A stretch of 64,000 nucleotides of DNA. Source: Lingula anatina (lineage: Eukaryota; Animalia; Brachiopoda). Under the pieces are notes generated by a model. The model saw nothing but the letters and a program-made list of their open reading frames with translations, was not told the DNA's origin and did not search any database. The DNA is taken from assembly GCA_051362555.1 (NCBI GenBank), contig CM120647.1, forward strand, positions 8,060,001 to 8,124,000, given 5' to 3'. This document shows positions 52,483 to 64,000 of this stretch, piece by piece (within the stretch, counting starts at the first letter, position 1; the number at the start of each line of letters is the position of its first letter). The translations under genes were made by a program, and so were the position numbers.

Positions 52483-55400
52483 ATGGCAGACAGTACTTGC
52501 TGGAAACTATTCTGTGTCGTCATGGGCCTTTTAGATGCTGCTGTCTACTCTGTCACGTTATCAGGTTGGCCAGCGTTCATGTACATATTTATAGAGGAAC
52601 GGTTTTATTATTCCCGTTGCGACATCGATACTGTAGGCAATTCTAGTGCTGATTGTACTGGTCTTGGTAACTGCACGCAAGAAACAGACGGAGAGACCCT
52701 CGTTCAAAAGTGCACTGAGCAGGAAGAGATTTTAAATCTAGTTTTCACTGTCGCTTTCGTCGGTTTAGGTTCCCTTTTTATACTTGGTTATGTCTATGAT
52801 CATTGCGGTACAGTCTGTTTGAGGATCATATCTATGTAAGTATATTTCCATCACACTACGTAAGAACAATTTTAACGTACCTTTATCTGTTGTATGAATT
52901 AAGATATAAGTAGAGCATAGACAGTGCACGCAATTTGCTCGTATTGACACTACCCTAAAATACCGCTTGATATCAGCATCAAGAGCCCAAAAATTACTAT
53001 GGGAAGCATTACAGTAGATAAACGGCAAATGTCTAATTTTGTGTCTTTGACATTTTCTTAAAGATGCCTTTGTGTCGGTGGGTGTTTCTTGATGGCATTG
53101 GTTAAGAGAGGTATGGCCTTAATTCTTTTTAATTGATTGTATTCAGCGTTAGTCCCTGCGGAGTTGGATCGATCTATGTAGACAGATCGCTTCGATGAAA
53201 ATGGGGCCTTAGATGTGATATATTAAGATTTAACCAAATAGACTGTGTCATTAAGGGGCGAACGATTTTAACAGAAACAATCAACCTGTGCTCATGCAAT
53301 AATGGATATTGGCATTGGTCCACATTACACATTTTAACAATATGTCCAGAAATCAAAACGAAACTATCAAAATATTGCAGAAAAATTGGTAAATAATACA
53401 TAGTCTTTTGTTGACAGGAACAGAATGGCTGTTATTTCCTGGTGCTGTATTCCACCTAATGGGAGGGTTACAGTTGTCAATAACCGACGTCCAGGTTGCG
53501 GTATTATTTCCGAAGCTTAAAGCGACACTCACCTGTTTGGCATCCGGTGCCAGAGACGTTAGCGGTTTTGTCCCTATTCTTTTGAAGGTAATAACTTAAG
53601 CGAACTCTCACACGCTATCATACCTGTATAGTTACATTTATATGTATGTCTGTATATCTGTAATTGTCTAATATATATTCAGAAACCCGGTGGACATTTT
53701 GGCAAATACAATATGTCATCATGTAACAAGCGAAAAAAAAACGAAGAGACGTTCATGTCATATAGAATTTGATCTTTTGGCTGTCTGGCCTCTGTTAATT
53801 TGTGTGTACACGTTAATTGTGTTGTTTTTAAAATATAATTTGACATTTTATTAATTGTAGATGGCGTACCAGGCCGGAGTGTCGTACAAGACGTGCATGT
53901 TCAGCTTTGCCGGTATCATACTTCTTATGTCTTCTGTCAACACAATCACCCTTCCTCCTAGACAGGATGACGACGGGAATAACATTGATGTAGACTGCTG
54001 TTTAAAGATGAATAAACGCAGCAGAATAACTAAGGAAGCTTCTACTGGTATTAACAAGTTTGATCAGAATGACGTGAATGAATCTACTGTTAATGAGCCG
54101 TTTGGTGAGCATCCAGTTAGGGAACCATTTTTATTAAACAAAACGAGTGATAACGTAAAACAGTACTGGCAATTTAAAAATATTTTCTTGCCTAATGTTT
54201 CAAGTCAAGTAATAACTAATCTTTTTTAATATACAATGCTAGAGTTTACATAACAGACACCTTTATGAAGATATAGCACATCTTTCTCTATTTGAGGTAA
54301 ATTATTGAAACTGTTGATTTAATGTTATCAACTGCATAATATTTGTTTTTCTTTTGCGCTCGTCATTTAATCTAACATCTCTCCCTCGACTCAGTGGATA
54401 TATCATATACATACTTATTTCGCACAAAGCATCAAGAATGGTAGATTTCTTGAATTAAAATCAAATTAATTCAATTGTTTAGGATAATAAACATTACATC
54501 TCTCCAAACAATTACACAAGTGAAAAAAATACATAAGCAGTCATCAAAAAATGTAGTTTTTTGGACAGTTCACCATTTTCATTGGGGTTCTTGTTGGATA
54601 AATGACAATTTGATTAGGTTTGATTAAGTTCATGGAAGATAAATGGCCAGGTAGCTCGATGAAATGCTAGTCTATATGCTATAAATGTTTAATAACAACT
54701 TGTGTGTATTTGTGATTCAATTTATTGTCGGTAACAAATATAGTAACAAATATATGCTGTAAAGTATGATACTCAGATAATATTTGTCTGGGGTGTGGCC
54801 TACTCCTTTAATAAAACTCTGTTTTAATTTAGAACATTTGAACACTGACTTTCCTTTGACATTGTCTTTCCAGTTCCAACAGGTAACGTCAAAGCAAATA
54901 AGGAGACAACCAGCGGGGAAGCCGGTGAAATACATTACCAGGAAGCTTTGGATATGCACACTTCTTACCAACATTTTACCAATGTCAGCCGCAAGGAAAC
55001 GTGTTTTGACGGAAGTGTCCCGTTGATTCACGGAATGGAAAACCCTGACAGTAAAGAAAATGACGAAAGCACTAACATCGGTTTATTACATGGCACGCTT
55101 CTGATTCTGAAGAGACCCATATTTTGGATGCTGTTGCTGTGGCTTACATGCCAGGGCACCGTCATTATCACATACGATGGTTGTTTTTATGCGATCATCA
55201 GTTACTATGGAAACAATGCCAAAAGCACAAGTAATGCATTAACATTGTTATAAACAATACTGGTTTAGCAAAAATGTTCATTAGCTTGGTTGTTGGATCA
55301 TAAACATGAAAATTCTCAGACGCAAGCCTAAAATTTTTCCGTGCCGTTAGCTTACGGCCAACCTGGTCGAAGGCCTTCATCAGACTGACGTGAGTAGTTG

Positions 55401-58172
55401 TTCACACTCACTGACCGCTAGACTGTAATTCCTTTTACATTGGTGAGACAGGTACACGGTTGAAGACCTGGGCTCCGTATCTCGAAAGCATCGCGTATTG
55501 CGAATCGCTGTATCAAATAGAGACTACAATGTATTATATGGAACGAGTATGGGCGAGTTATGGAATCGAGACGCTTGCGCACGTGCGCAACATAGCGAAC
55601 CTTTCGAGATACGGGGCCCAGGGTGAGTGAACACAGGAAATCAGTGACTGTAGGCAATACCAGCTCTGCCATTTCTGAACATGTAATAGACACCGACCAC
55701 AGTATCGATTGGAATTCAACTAAGGTACCTGATTCTGAATCATCCGACATCCCGCGAAAAATACGAGAGGCTATCAACATCAGCCGACACCAGCCACCCA
55801 TGAATAGGGAGGTTGATCTACCTGACATTTATAAGAGGGTCCTGGCCGCTATACCACCTAGCGGTCAGTGAGTGTGAACAACTACTCACGTAAGTTTGAT
55901 GAAGGCCTTCGACCAGGTTGGCCGTAAGCTAACGGTACGGAAAATTTTAGGCAGGGGTAATCCTAGAGAGGGGTGAGAAACGTCCATTGTTCTCGTCATT
56001 GAGGCTGGCCAAATTCAGGGTATGTACGCACAGACAGAAAACCATGTATTGTGGGAACGTTACAAATGAAGCCACTGGTAGTACCAGTAGATATCAGTGT
56101 GTAGTCTTGAATAAGCACCTCGTTGATGAGTGAACAGTTGTCAAAAACAAAAGACCCAGGTATGGTAGTTCGACTACTGTTCATGCATGCCGCAAAGACC
56201 AAGCCTAATTGCCCCTCAAGGTCACAAACCAATATCCGGTACTTTCGGTTAGGCTCGTCATAATCATTTTAGTAGCGCGTTTCCACCCCCTGTTTTAGGC
56301 TTGTGTCTGAGACATTTCATGTTTAATATGGGTTTACTCAGCATGTTGTCGTAACACCTTTCTTGTTTTTTATCAGTATATCTATCGTAGTAAAATATAC
56401 AACTCAATGCAGTTTGGCTGAATTATACCAGTTGTTTAAAATACTTGTTATTACTATGATAGGATAATTCTGAAATTGAACTTTTGGAGGTGTGAGTTAC
56501 ATAAGGAAGTGGGAATGAAAAGTCGAATCATTCATTAAGGTTCCAACTGTTGAGCTCCTGTTAACAAAAGCCTTATCATAACGCAGAGAATAGTAATTAT
56601 TACTGAAATATATTCCACCTAATCCTAATTACGTTACAGTAAGTACGTATACAGACGTGTACTCCTGGCTCCAAGTGGTATCTCTGTTCTGGGCCTTGCT
56701 TACTGGTCTGATGCTTGATAAACTATTAACCAGGGCGACCCAAAACGGTAATTCACAAAAGAGTGATATTAACTGGTCTACGGGTTAATCGGTGTTCAGA
56801 TTATATTTGTCTTTTTAATTTAATACCCTGTCCTTTCTGTAACATTTAATATGTGTTAAAGCATTTAAATTATATACGAATGTCGTATTTGTCTTTCAGA
56901 CAAAGAGCACTGCTTCGTGGTTCCATTCTTCTTGACTGTTTTGGCAGGCGTCATCGTATCCATAGCGTGTATCATCCCCATTATCGAGATGCAGCTTGTG
57001 GCCGTTGTCTTTCATTCTGTGTTGAAAACCGGTACTTTCGCCGTGCATTTTGCATTCGTGGTATCTGCGTAAGTAAATTTGACAATGCATTCTAAGCACT
57101 TGCTCTTCCCTTTTTATTATTTTTGCTTAAAATACCGTCTTTTGTGTTCAAGATATTAAAAAAATTGCTTAGTTTGTAATCAGATGTGAAGGCTTAATAC
57201 TGTTTTATCGCACATATATATGTAAGGCTAGGAATAATTCGAGGCAATTTGTGATATTGTGTTGGAAAAATCTTGTAAATAGATTATACAAGGCATTCTT
57301 GCAACGTCCTAGGCCTCACCCACTAGCTACACAAACAATATACTTTTTTCAGCAAATGTGCTTTCTATGTAATCCTAAATCATCAATCTGATTCAAGTTT
57401 CTCGCTCATTTTCCATTGATATATTGGTGTTACTTGCTCAGTAATAAGGGCAGGTATGCATGTTTGTGTATGTTTTACTAGTTCCACTGCAAGTGACAGT
57501 CTGTGTCCAAAAGAAAATTTTCCAGACATGGCAATTTTTTTCTGGTCAACATATGGATCACTGTGAATACACCTGAGATCAAAACATTCAAATTACAGTT
57601 TTCCAAAGGAACATTTTGGAAAAGCATTTGGAATTCAAGTTACCGTCAGTGGTTTGCTGACCTTTATTGAATTGCCAATATTTTCCTGGTACAAGCACAG
57701 CTTGGAAAGTGACCCACTTTGGGTATGTAAAGCAACTTCCTATACAGAGAGGGTACAGAAAATAACAGATTATGTCTTAAGTGTGTGTCTTAATTGTTTT
57801 ACTAGAATACTCAGTGATGCTGGACAATAAGATGTTATTTAGTTGCGTGAAAGAGGTAAAGTGTCGAAATAATGCATTTGTGGAGAATGAATGCAGTATA
57901 TAATAACGATCAATCCACTGTTAAACTAAATTACCTTGACCAGCTTGCAGTTGCTTAAATTCAAGTTTTGAGGACTATATCATTAAGAAGATTTCTATTC
58001 AGAGAAAATCCAGTTGGAGACCAAGAATTTTAGTAATATATGATGATGACACATTTTTGTCTTCTAGTTGGGAGTACTGTTTCTGGGAATATGCTTCACG
58101 GCCAGCTGTTTGCCTTTCTACCTTCTTTGGCGTAAGCGTCGATACACTAGATCTAGCAACTACACGCTTTAA
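52483..58172 (+). CDS. SLC43-family transporter, copy 4; exons 52483-52835, 53064-53110, 53418-53587, 53861-54104, 54874-55230, 56640-56747, 56900-57068, 57599-57722, 58068-58172
   Basis: Paralogous exons in frame, ending ...RSSNYTL-TAA. Confidence 0.9.
55471..55618. mobile_element. PIF/Harbinger-like MITE inserted in the Penelope GIY-YIG coding sequence
   Basis: TIRs ggctccgtatctcgaaag / ctttcgagatacggggcc flanked by ctg/cag (CWG site). Removing it restores the frame K-T-R-V-S-E-H. Confidence 0.8.
55952..56292. mobile_element. ~340-bp MITE (CAGGGG...CCCCTG), copy 2, nested in the Penelope-like right repeat
   Basis: Same family as 19852-20195. Perfect 7-bp TSD ttttagg; interrupts the right inverted repeat. 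Confidence 0.82.
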
Positions 58173-59353
58173 AACAAAGTTTTGATAATGAAGGTCAACA
58201 TGCAGGATCAGTACATGTAGTGACACAGGACTGGACGATTGATCCAATAGGATACTTAGACCACATACCCATACCTAGATCGATCTGGCAAGATCGACCG
58301 ATCTCCGAGGTGATTCTCGCTCAGCGTAAACGGTTTAGATGTAAGGCACGCCTACTGAAGCTGTTAAACGATAGTTAAGTACCCCCGAACAGCTTCAATA
58401 GACGTGCCAGACATCAGAGCCGCTTACGCTGAGTGCAATCTAGAGAGAAACCCCTCATAGATGGGTCGATCCTGCTAGATCGATCTATATGTATGGAAAT
58501 GGAGTCTTACTGTTCAAGAAGGCAAAATGATTGACTTTGATTTGCAAAAGTGACCATTGTCCTAGATTTTGACCCCCCTTATGTCATGCTAACCCTTAAC
58601 TGTATGAAATAAACGAAAGGCGAAACCAATCTACGAATCCTCAATTTTCGACAAACCAGCATGAAACACCTTGATGACACCAAACTATGTACATTTCTCA
58701 TGTTCACGTATGTCTCAAAATGATAAGTAATGGACGCTCGGTTCACTTGCTATCATCACAAATGTACACTGTGCACGTAGGTTAATAGAAGTAGCACATA
58801 CTGTACATACCAGTATTCAAAGTTAGTTTTATATAATTAAAGACCGTTTCCGCCAAGGAAAATGTACCACTACATTAAATGCGCCCAATTGCAAAAATAT
58901 GATATTAATTATAATATATTTTAGATATTGTTTCTGAATACTAGGAAAATACACAGAATGTTTATGATCCAAAGTTCGAAATAAATTGTGAGTGCCGGAG
59001 CCTGAACCACTATAGAGTTTAATTGTTATACGTTCTCTCTCTCTCTCTCGCTCTCTGTGGTGAGTGTGTGGGTGAGTGAGATAGAATATGCTAATGTTGC
59101 ACTGTTTTATTTTATTTTATTTTATTTTATTTTATTTTATTTATTTTGTTATACAGTGTATAAAGCACAACTGGAAAATCGCTTAAATAGATATCCATCT
59201 ACGCTGGGCAGTGTGAAAGTACGTGGCATGACCCCACGGCACTCCGATGTTAAAGGTGACACTGTATATACAAGATAACACTAAGGGTGCTTCATTCACT
59301 TTATCAGTAAGGGTTACGGGTATACTGATGAGCAATTCCGCTGGACTTGCGAC

Positions 59354-61612
59354 ATGGCGGCCACCACATGTTGGAAGCTATTTTGCGTCGCCCTGGGTGT
59401 CTTAGAAGCCGCTGTTTTTGCTGTCACTTTGTTTGGATGGCCAGCATTCGTCTATATATTCATAGAAGAGAGGTTTTACGATTCCCGTTGTTATCCCAAT
59501 GCTGTTACCAATGTCAGTGATAACATGATACGTTCTCATTGTGACGCCCTTGGTAACTTTACGATAGAAACAACCAGAGAGGACCGCGTTCATAAGTGTG
59601 CTGAGCAGGAAGAGATGCTCAACCTAGTATATACGGTTGCCTTAATCGGTTTAGGGGCTCTTTTTGTGCTTGGTTATTTATATGATCACTGCGGAACAGT
59701 CTGTTTGAGGATCATATCTATGTAAGTATAATTTGGTTACATAACAAAGGAGCAATATGTTTAACGTGACTGTTGTTAAGATGACAGGACGACAATGATT
59801 AATCCACCCTCTTTCATTTAAGCATTTAAATAAATATGGATCCTATAAGATTGGGTCCGTATGCATCACATTTTCTACCTTTTCCTTTTCGATGGAATAC
59901 CGAGCTTCACTGAGGGCTCGTGCCTAAAATTGACTACGGCGGTCATATCAGGAAGGTATTTTTTCATGGATAAACATAATAGGTCTAATGCTTGCTAATT
60001 TTTGACGTTTTCTTTAAGATGTTTTTTGTAATTTGTTGACGTTTCCTTTAAGCTGCCTGTGTGCTGGCGGGTTTTTCCTCATTGCCTTAGATGAAAAAAG
60101 GTATGGAAATACCACACCACCTTTTGTAACCTTATACACATTTACGTTTACAGCAATCTGAATGTCAGAAAACAATGGTGATACATGAAACAAATAACGT
60201 GAAAATGCAGAATATATCCCCTTTGGTTTTAAATGGGCATAGGGAAAAGACTTCTTTTATTGTGGAGCCAGGAAGAAGAGGGGGGTGGGGCAATTGTCGG
60301 AACCTGAGTCTCAGATATCATCGTAGAAAATAATGCTGTTTGTTAAACTTGGTCCAATTTACTGGACATTTTTTATCCTTGCCCTCAACCTCTTCTTCTT
60401 AAGTTAACGTATGTATATGAATGTAAGGTGTCGCCCAGGATAAAATGTGAAGGGGACACCCTCCAGGCTTGCTATCCTCAATTCATTTTACTCAATAATT
60501 GCAAATAGGAATAAGGTACGTGTGACAGACACTTGCTGAAAATATAGTCAGTTAGAGTATACAGTTGAAAATATTAATCTTTAAAAAATAAAGTAATTCG
60601 ATGTGGGGGCAACGATAACGTTAAAAACGAATTCCAAACCGTAATGAAATTAAGAAAGCTTTGCAGATCGAAATATCGGGAAAGTGATCGAGATACAATG
60701 AACACTGTCAATTTTGATAGGGACAGAATGGCTGTTATTCCCTGGAGCTGTATTCCACCTGATGGGAGGTTTCCAGTTGGCTTTAACTGACGTCCAGGTG
60801 GCCGTATTGTTTCCTAAGCTTATAATATAAGGCGACACTTACCTGCTTGATTTCCGGTGCCATAGACGTTAGCGGTTTCGTCCCTATTCTGCTGAAGGTA
60901 ATCAATATTTCCCTGACGCATGGTAGGTACCCACACAAACAGACACATCGTTATAAAAGAGTTCGTATGTGCTTTTGACAAAAGATGTTCTGAAACTAGT
61001 GAAAGATTTAGGTAAATATGTTGAGGACCCATGCAGTTGTTATACAGCCTACATAGTAGTGATAGTTGGTATTGTTGAAATACATATTTTCTCAATTCGG
61101 CTATTTCTTTCATGTGCTTAATTTTTATAATAATCATTATGGAAAGGGGTAAATGGTAAATACGATAGGTTTTTAAAAATGCACTTGACCACATTACTAA
61201 GAGGACAGTAACTTTCTGTAATGATGGTATACCTACTAGCTTAATTATTTCCACAAGAGACAATGTGAATCAGCTCACAAAATTCTGATCACGTTACAGT
61301 AAGTACGTATACAGACGTGTATTCCTGGTTCCAAGTGGGTTCTCTGTTCTGGGCATTGCTGACTGGTTTGATGCTGGACAAATCTGTTGCCAAGGCAACC
61401 AAAGACGGTAATTCACGAAATGATGGTATAAATTGTCTTTTTGACTTTAATTGTATAATCATAGTACAATTTATATTTGTCAATTTGAAATATTATTGAA
61501 GATATGACACTATATAAAGTGACAAGACAATGATTTTTTCACAACATCCACACAACCGCCGCTTTGGCATTCTCTGATAAGTAGTATTTTCTGAACAAGA
61601 ATATTTCACAGG

Positions 61613-61664
<52 letters not shown>

Positions 61665-61806
61665 TTTTATTGCTTTTTTTATTTTGGGCATAAGCATGGC
61701 GCACTATACCTGCGTTATGTATTGAAAACATACATCATACTCATACACATATCTTAACATCTTTCAGACAAAGAGCGATGTTTCGTGGTTCCATTTTTCT
61801 TGACTA
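59354..61806 (+). pseudogene. SLC43-family transporter pseudogene, copy 5; exon remnants 59354-59721, 60053-60100, 60721-60897, 61300-61407, 61768-~61806
   Basis: Exon 2 is 48 nt versus 47 in the other copies (extra A). Exon 3 is 177 nt versus 170 (7-nt insertion giving TAA). The two loop exons (MAYQAG.., FW.LLLW..) are absent between 60897 and 61300. The next exon breaks off into a repeat after PFFLT, and the last two exons are missing. Confidence 0.88.
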
Positions 61807-62650
61807 TATTCCGGTCCGACACTACTTGTTTATCAGAAATGTCACTTAAAAGTAGTGGATTTGCCTTGGGACCTTTTTTCCGCAGCAGTCCCAGCTAGGT
61901 GTGGCTCAGCTGAGTGGTCAGTGTCGGCGGTTGATTAAATACTTTTCAAGCCAGTTGAACGTCCACGCCAAGTATTTAGCAAAAATCGAGCAAAGTGGCC
62001 AGACATTACGTGAGAATTTGGCGGGAGGTGACCAGTGCAGGTGGACGAATTTATTCCATATAAAATCTCTAGAGCGTGATATAGGGTCACTTTATTCGGT
62101 TTTAGGGGTGTTTTAGGGTGAAAGGACTATATTTGTTATCGGTATGTATATCAAATACATACCACGGGGCTGATATCTAAACAAAAGGATTGCAGAGATC
62201 GATACAATGAATGAGACGGAGTGACTGCCACGTGCGGAAGATGGGCAGGAAATCAGCCAACTACTGACAGAAACCCACTGACCCATGTCTCTGTCAATAC
62301 ACACGCAACCACAAACCATTCACGCAAATAAAAATGATTGGACGGTGACTGCAATTAGGCAGTAAACGCGGGGGAGTCCATTCTTTGATATCACCCCATG
62401 CGCGGTGATATCAGCGTGTTATATTCAAAGTTAGGGGGTTTGGTGGGGAACACGCACGATTTCCCTTTGTATGTATGACAAATAATGCGCTGACGCTCGG
62501 CATGCTATCGTGATATCGGGCTCGTGGACAGTGCATTATTTACTACATAATACACTGTCACCCTCTCGCGATATATGCCATGAGCACCTCTCGCTGACGC
62601 TCGAGGTGTTATGGCATATATCGCACAGGTGACAGTGTATTACTTCACAC
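61799..62650. mobile_element. Interspersed repeat with terminal hairpins (same family as ~14036-14461) that truncates copy 5
   Basis: ttgactatattccggtccgac...gggtcactttattcggttttaggggtgtttt and the long palindrome ataatacactgtcacc...ggtgacagtgtatta occur at both loci. Confidence 0.75.
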
Positions 62651-62837
62651 ATATCAAGAGTCAGATTTTTTTTTGTTATCATCTAAACGCTGTACCTTAT
62701 CCGCCACGTAACGTACGTGTGCAAATACATTAGCACTCGGCCTTGCGCTTATCGCCTCGTCATTCATCTGACCCTTGTCACTTAAAGCATAGGGCCTTGT
62801 ACTTCATCTAAACCGTATTTTTGCTGTACATGACAGT

Positions 62838-63966
62838 ATGGCGGTCAGTGCTTGTTGGAAACTATTCTGTGTCGTACTTGGTATCTTAGAGGCTGCTATC
62901 TACTCTGTCACGTTATACGGATGGCCAGCCTTCATGTACATATTTATAGAGGAAGGGTTTTATTATTCCCGTTGTAACTTCGATATTATAACAAATGCTA
63001 CTTATAACATGACGAGTGCTGATTGCACTGACCGTGGCAACTGCACTCAAGACACAACCGGAGAGGACCTTATTCTTAAGTGCACCGAACAAGAAGAAAT
63101 GCTCAACCTGGTTTACACAATCGCTATGGTCGGTTTAGTGGCACTATTTTTCCTTGGTTACGTCTATGATCACTATGGAACCGTCTGTTTGAGGATCATA
63201 TCTATGTAAGTACTGTTATATTTCATTGAAGCCCCTGCTACGCGTGGCTTGGTGAACGAATTTTGGCCGAAAATGATGTAATGCCATAGTTCATTTACAC
63301 TTTTTTATGCTTTTAACGACGGTAAATAACGGCTAATTTTACAGGGGCAAAATTTCCATCCTTGCGTACAAGCTTACGGCGTAACAAAAGCTTTACATAC
63401 AATACAAAGTAACCCTTTTAACTCGATTACTCTCATGACGATATATAATATCAAATTAATCTTACATAACAAAGGAGCACTGTCTCAATTGACTGTTGCC
63501 ATAGCCATTACGTTAAATAATTCGTCTTCTTGCTTTGCGTGACCTCTATGTTCTCGATTCTCGCCCTCGTAATTCCTTTCCGCAAAAATGCGAACATGAG
63601 TGTCGCGACACATGCACTCATAACGAACAGGTTAATTAATACAGTGGATGAATGTTGTTATCCTTTATGTCTAATTAATCGAGAAGTTATACATCTCACC
63701 GCTTAGCTTGAATGTTTTATTTGTAATTTAACCAGTGCATTTGTTCATTATAGAAAAATATATACTTGTTCAGTCATAAACTGGCAACACAATTACCAAT
63801 TAGCAAATAGTAAATCACCAATTGTATTGATGTTGATATATTGTGCAAGGTCATGATAATATATGTGCCAATACAGAAATAAATTAAAATTGAAATTATT
63901 ATTTGGCGTTTTCTTTCAGATGCTTGTGTGTTGGTGGAGTTATCCTGATGGCGTTGACTGAGAAAG
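62838..63966 (+). CDS. SLC43-family transporter, copy 6 (5' part only; exons 62838-63205 and 63920-63966; continues beyond window)
   Basis: Intact exon 1 (GWPAFMYIFIEEGFY...CTEQEEMLNLVYT) and a 47-nt exon 2 with GT/AG sites. Confidence 0.85.
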
Positions 63967-64000
63967 GTATGTAACTATCTCGGTATGTCCTTACAGTATA

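Larger units (their letters stand above)
55301..56325 (+). mobile_element. Truncated Penelope-like retroelement: GIY-YIG endonuclease 3' fragment flanked by inverted pLTRs
   Basis: DCNSFYIGETGTRLKT (from 55421) continues after a MITE as RVSEHRK...SAISEH...HSIDW...RKIREAINI...MNR. A ~120-bp inverted repeat spans 55301-55421 versus about 55858-56325 (minus the nested insert). Confidence 0.85.

Overview
AT-rich, intron-rich animal genomic DNA, most likely a marine invertebrate (inferred from the gene and repeat types). No prokaryotic features (no CRISPR, rRNA or operons). The window holds two adjacent tandem gene arrays, all on the + strand. The first is two 13-exon three-domain multicopper oxidases (laccase-like) at 534-9169 and 16407-27971, with all four Cu-binding motifs, a signal peptide and a GPI-like tail. 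The second is at least six SLC43-family (LAT3/LAT4/SLC43A3-like) MFS transporters from 29512 to beyond the window end; copies 1-4 look intact, copy 5 is a pseudogene and copy 6 is cut by the window edge. Introns and spacers carry many mobile elements: a full-length decayed Tc1 element, several MITE families, a solo LTR, a Helentron/HINE-like repeat, and a Penelope-like GIY-YIG fragment with inverted pLTRs, a hammerhead-like motif and two nested MITEs. The most notable observations are (i) the physical coupling of an amplified cell-surface oxidase and an amplified transporter family, a possible animal metabolic gene cluster (inference), and (ii) a segment that is an open, in-frame sequence in transporter copy 1 but a stop-containing intron with shifting acceptors in copies 2-4, i.e. 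an exon/intron transition caught within one array. Exon boundaries were read by eye from GT/AG sites and paralog comparison.
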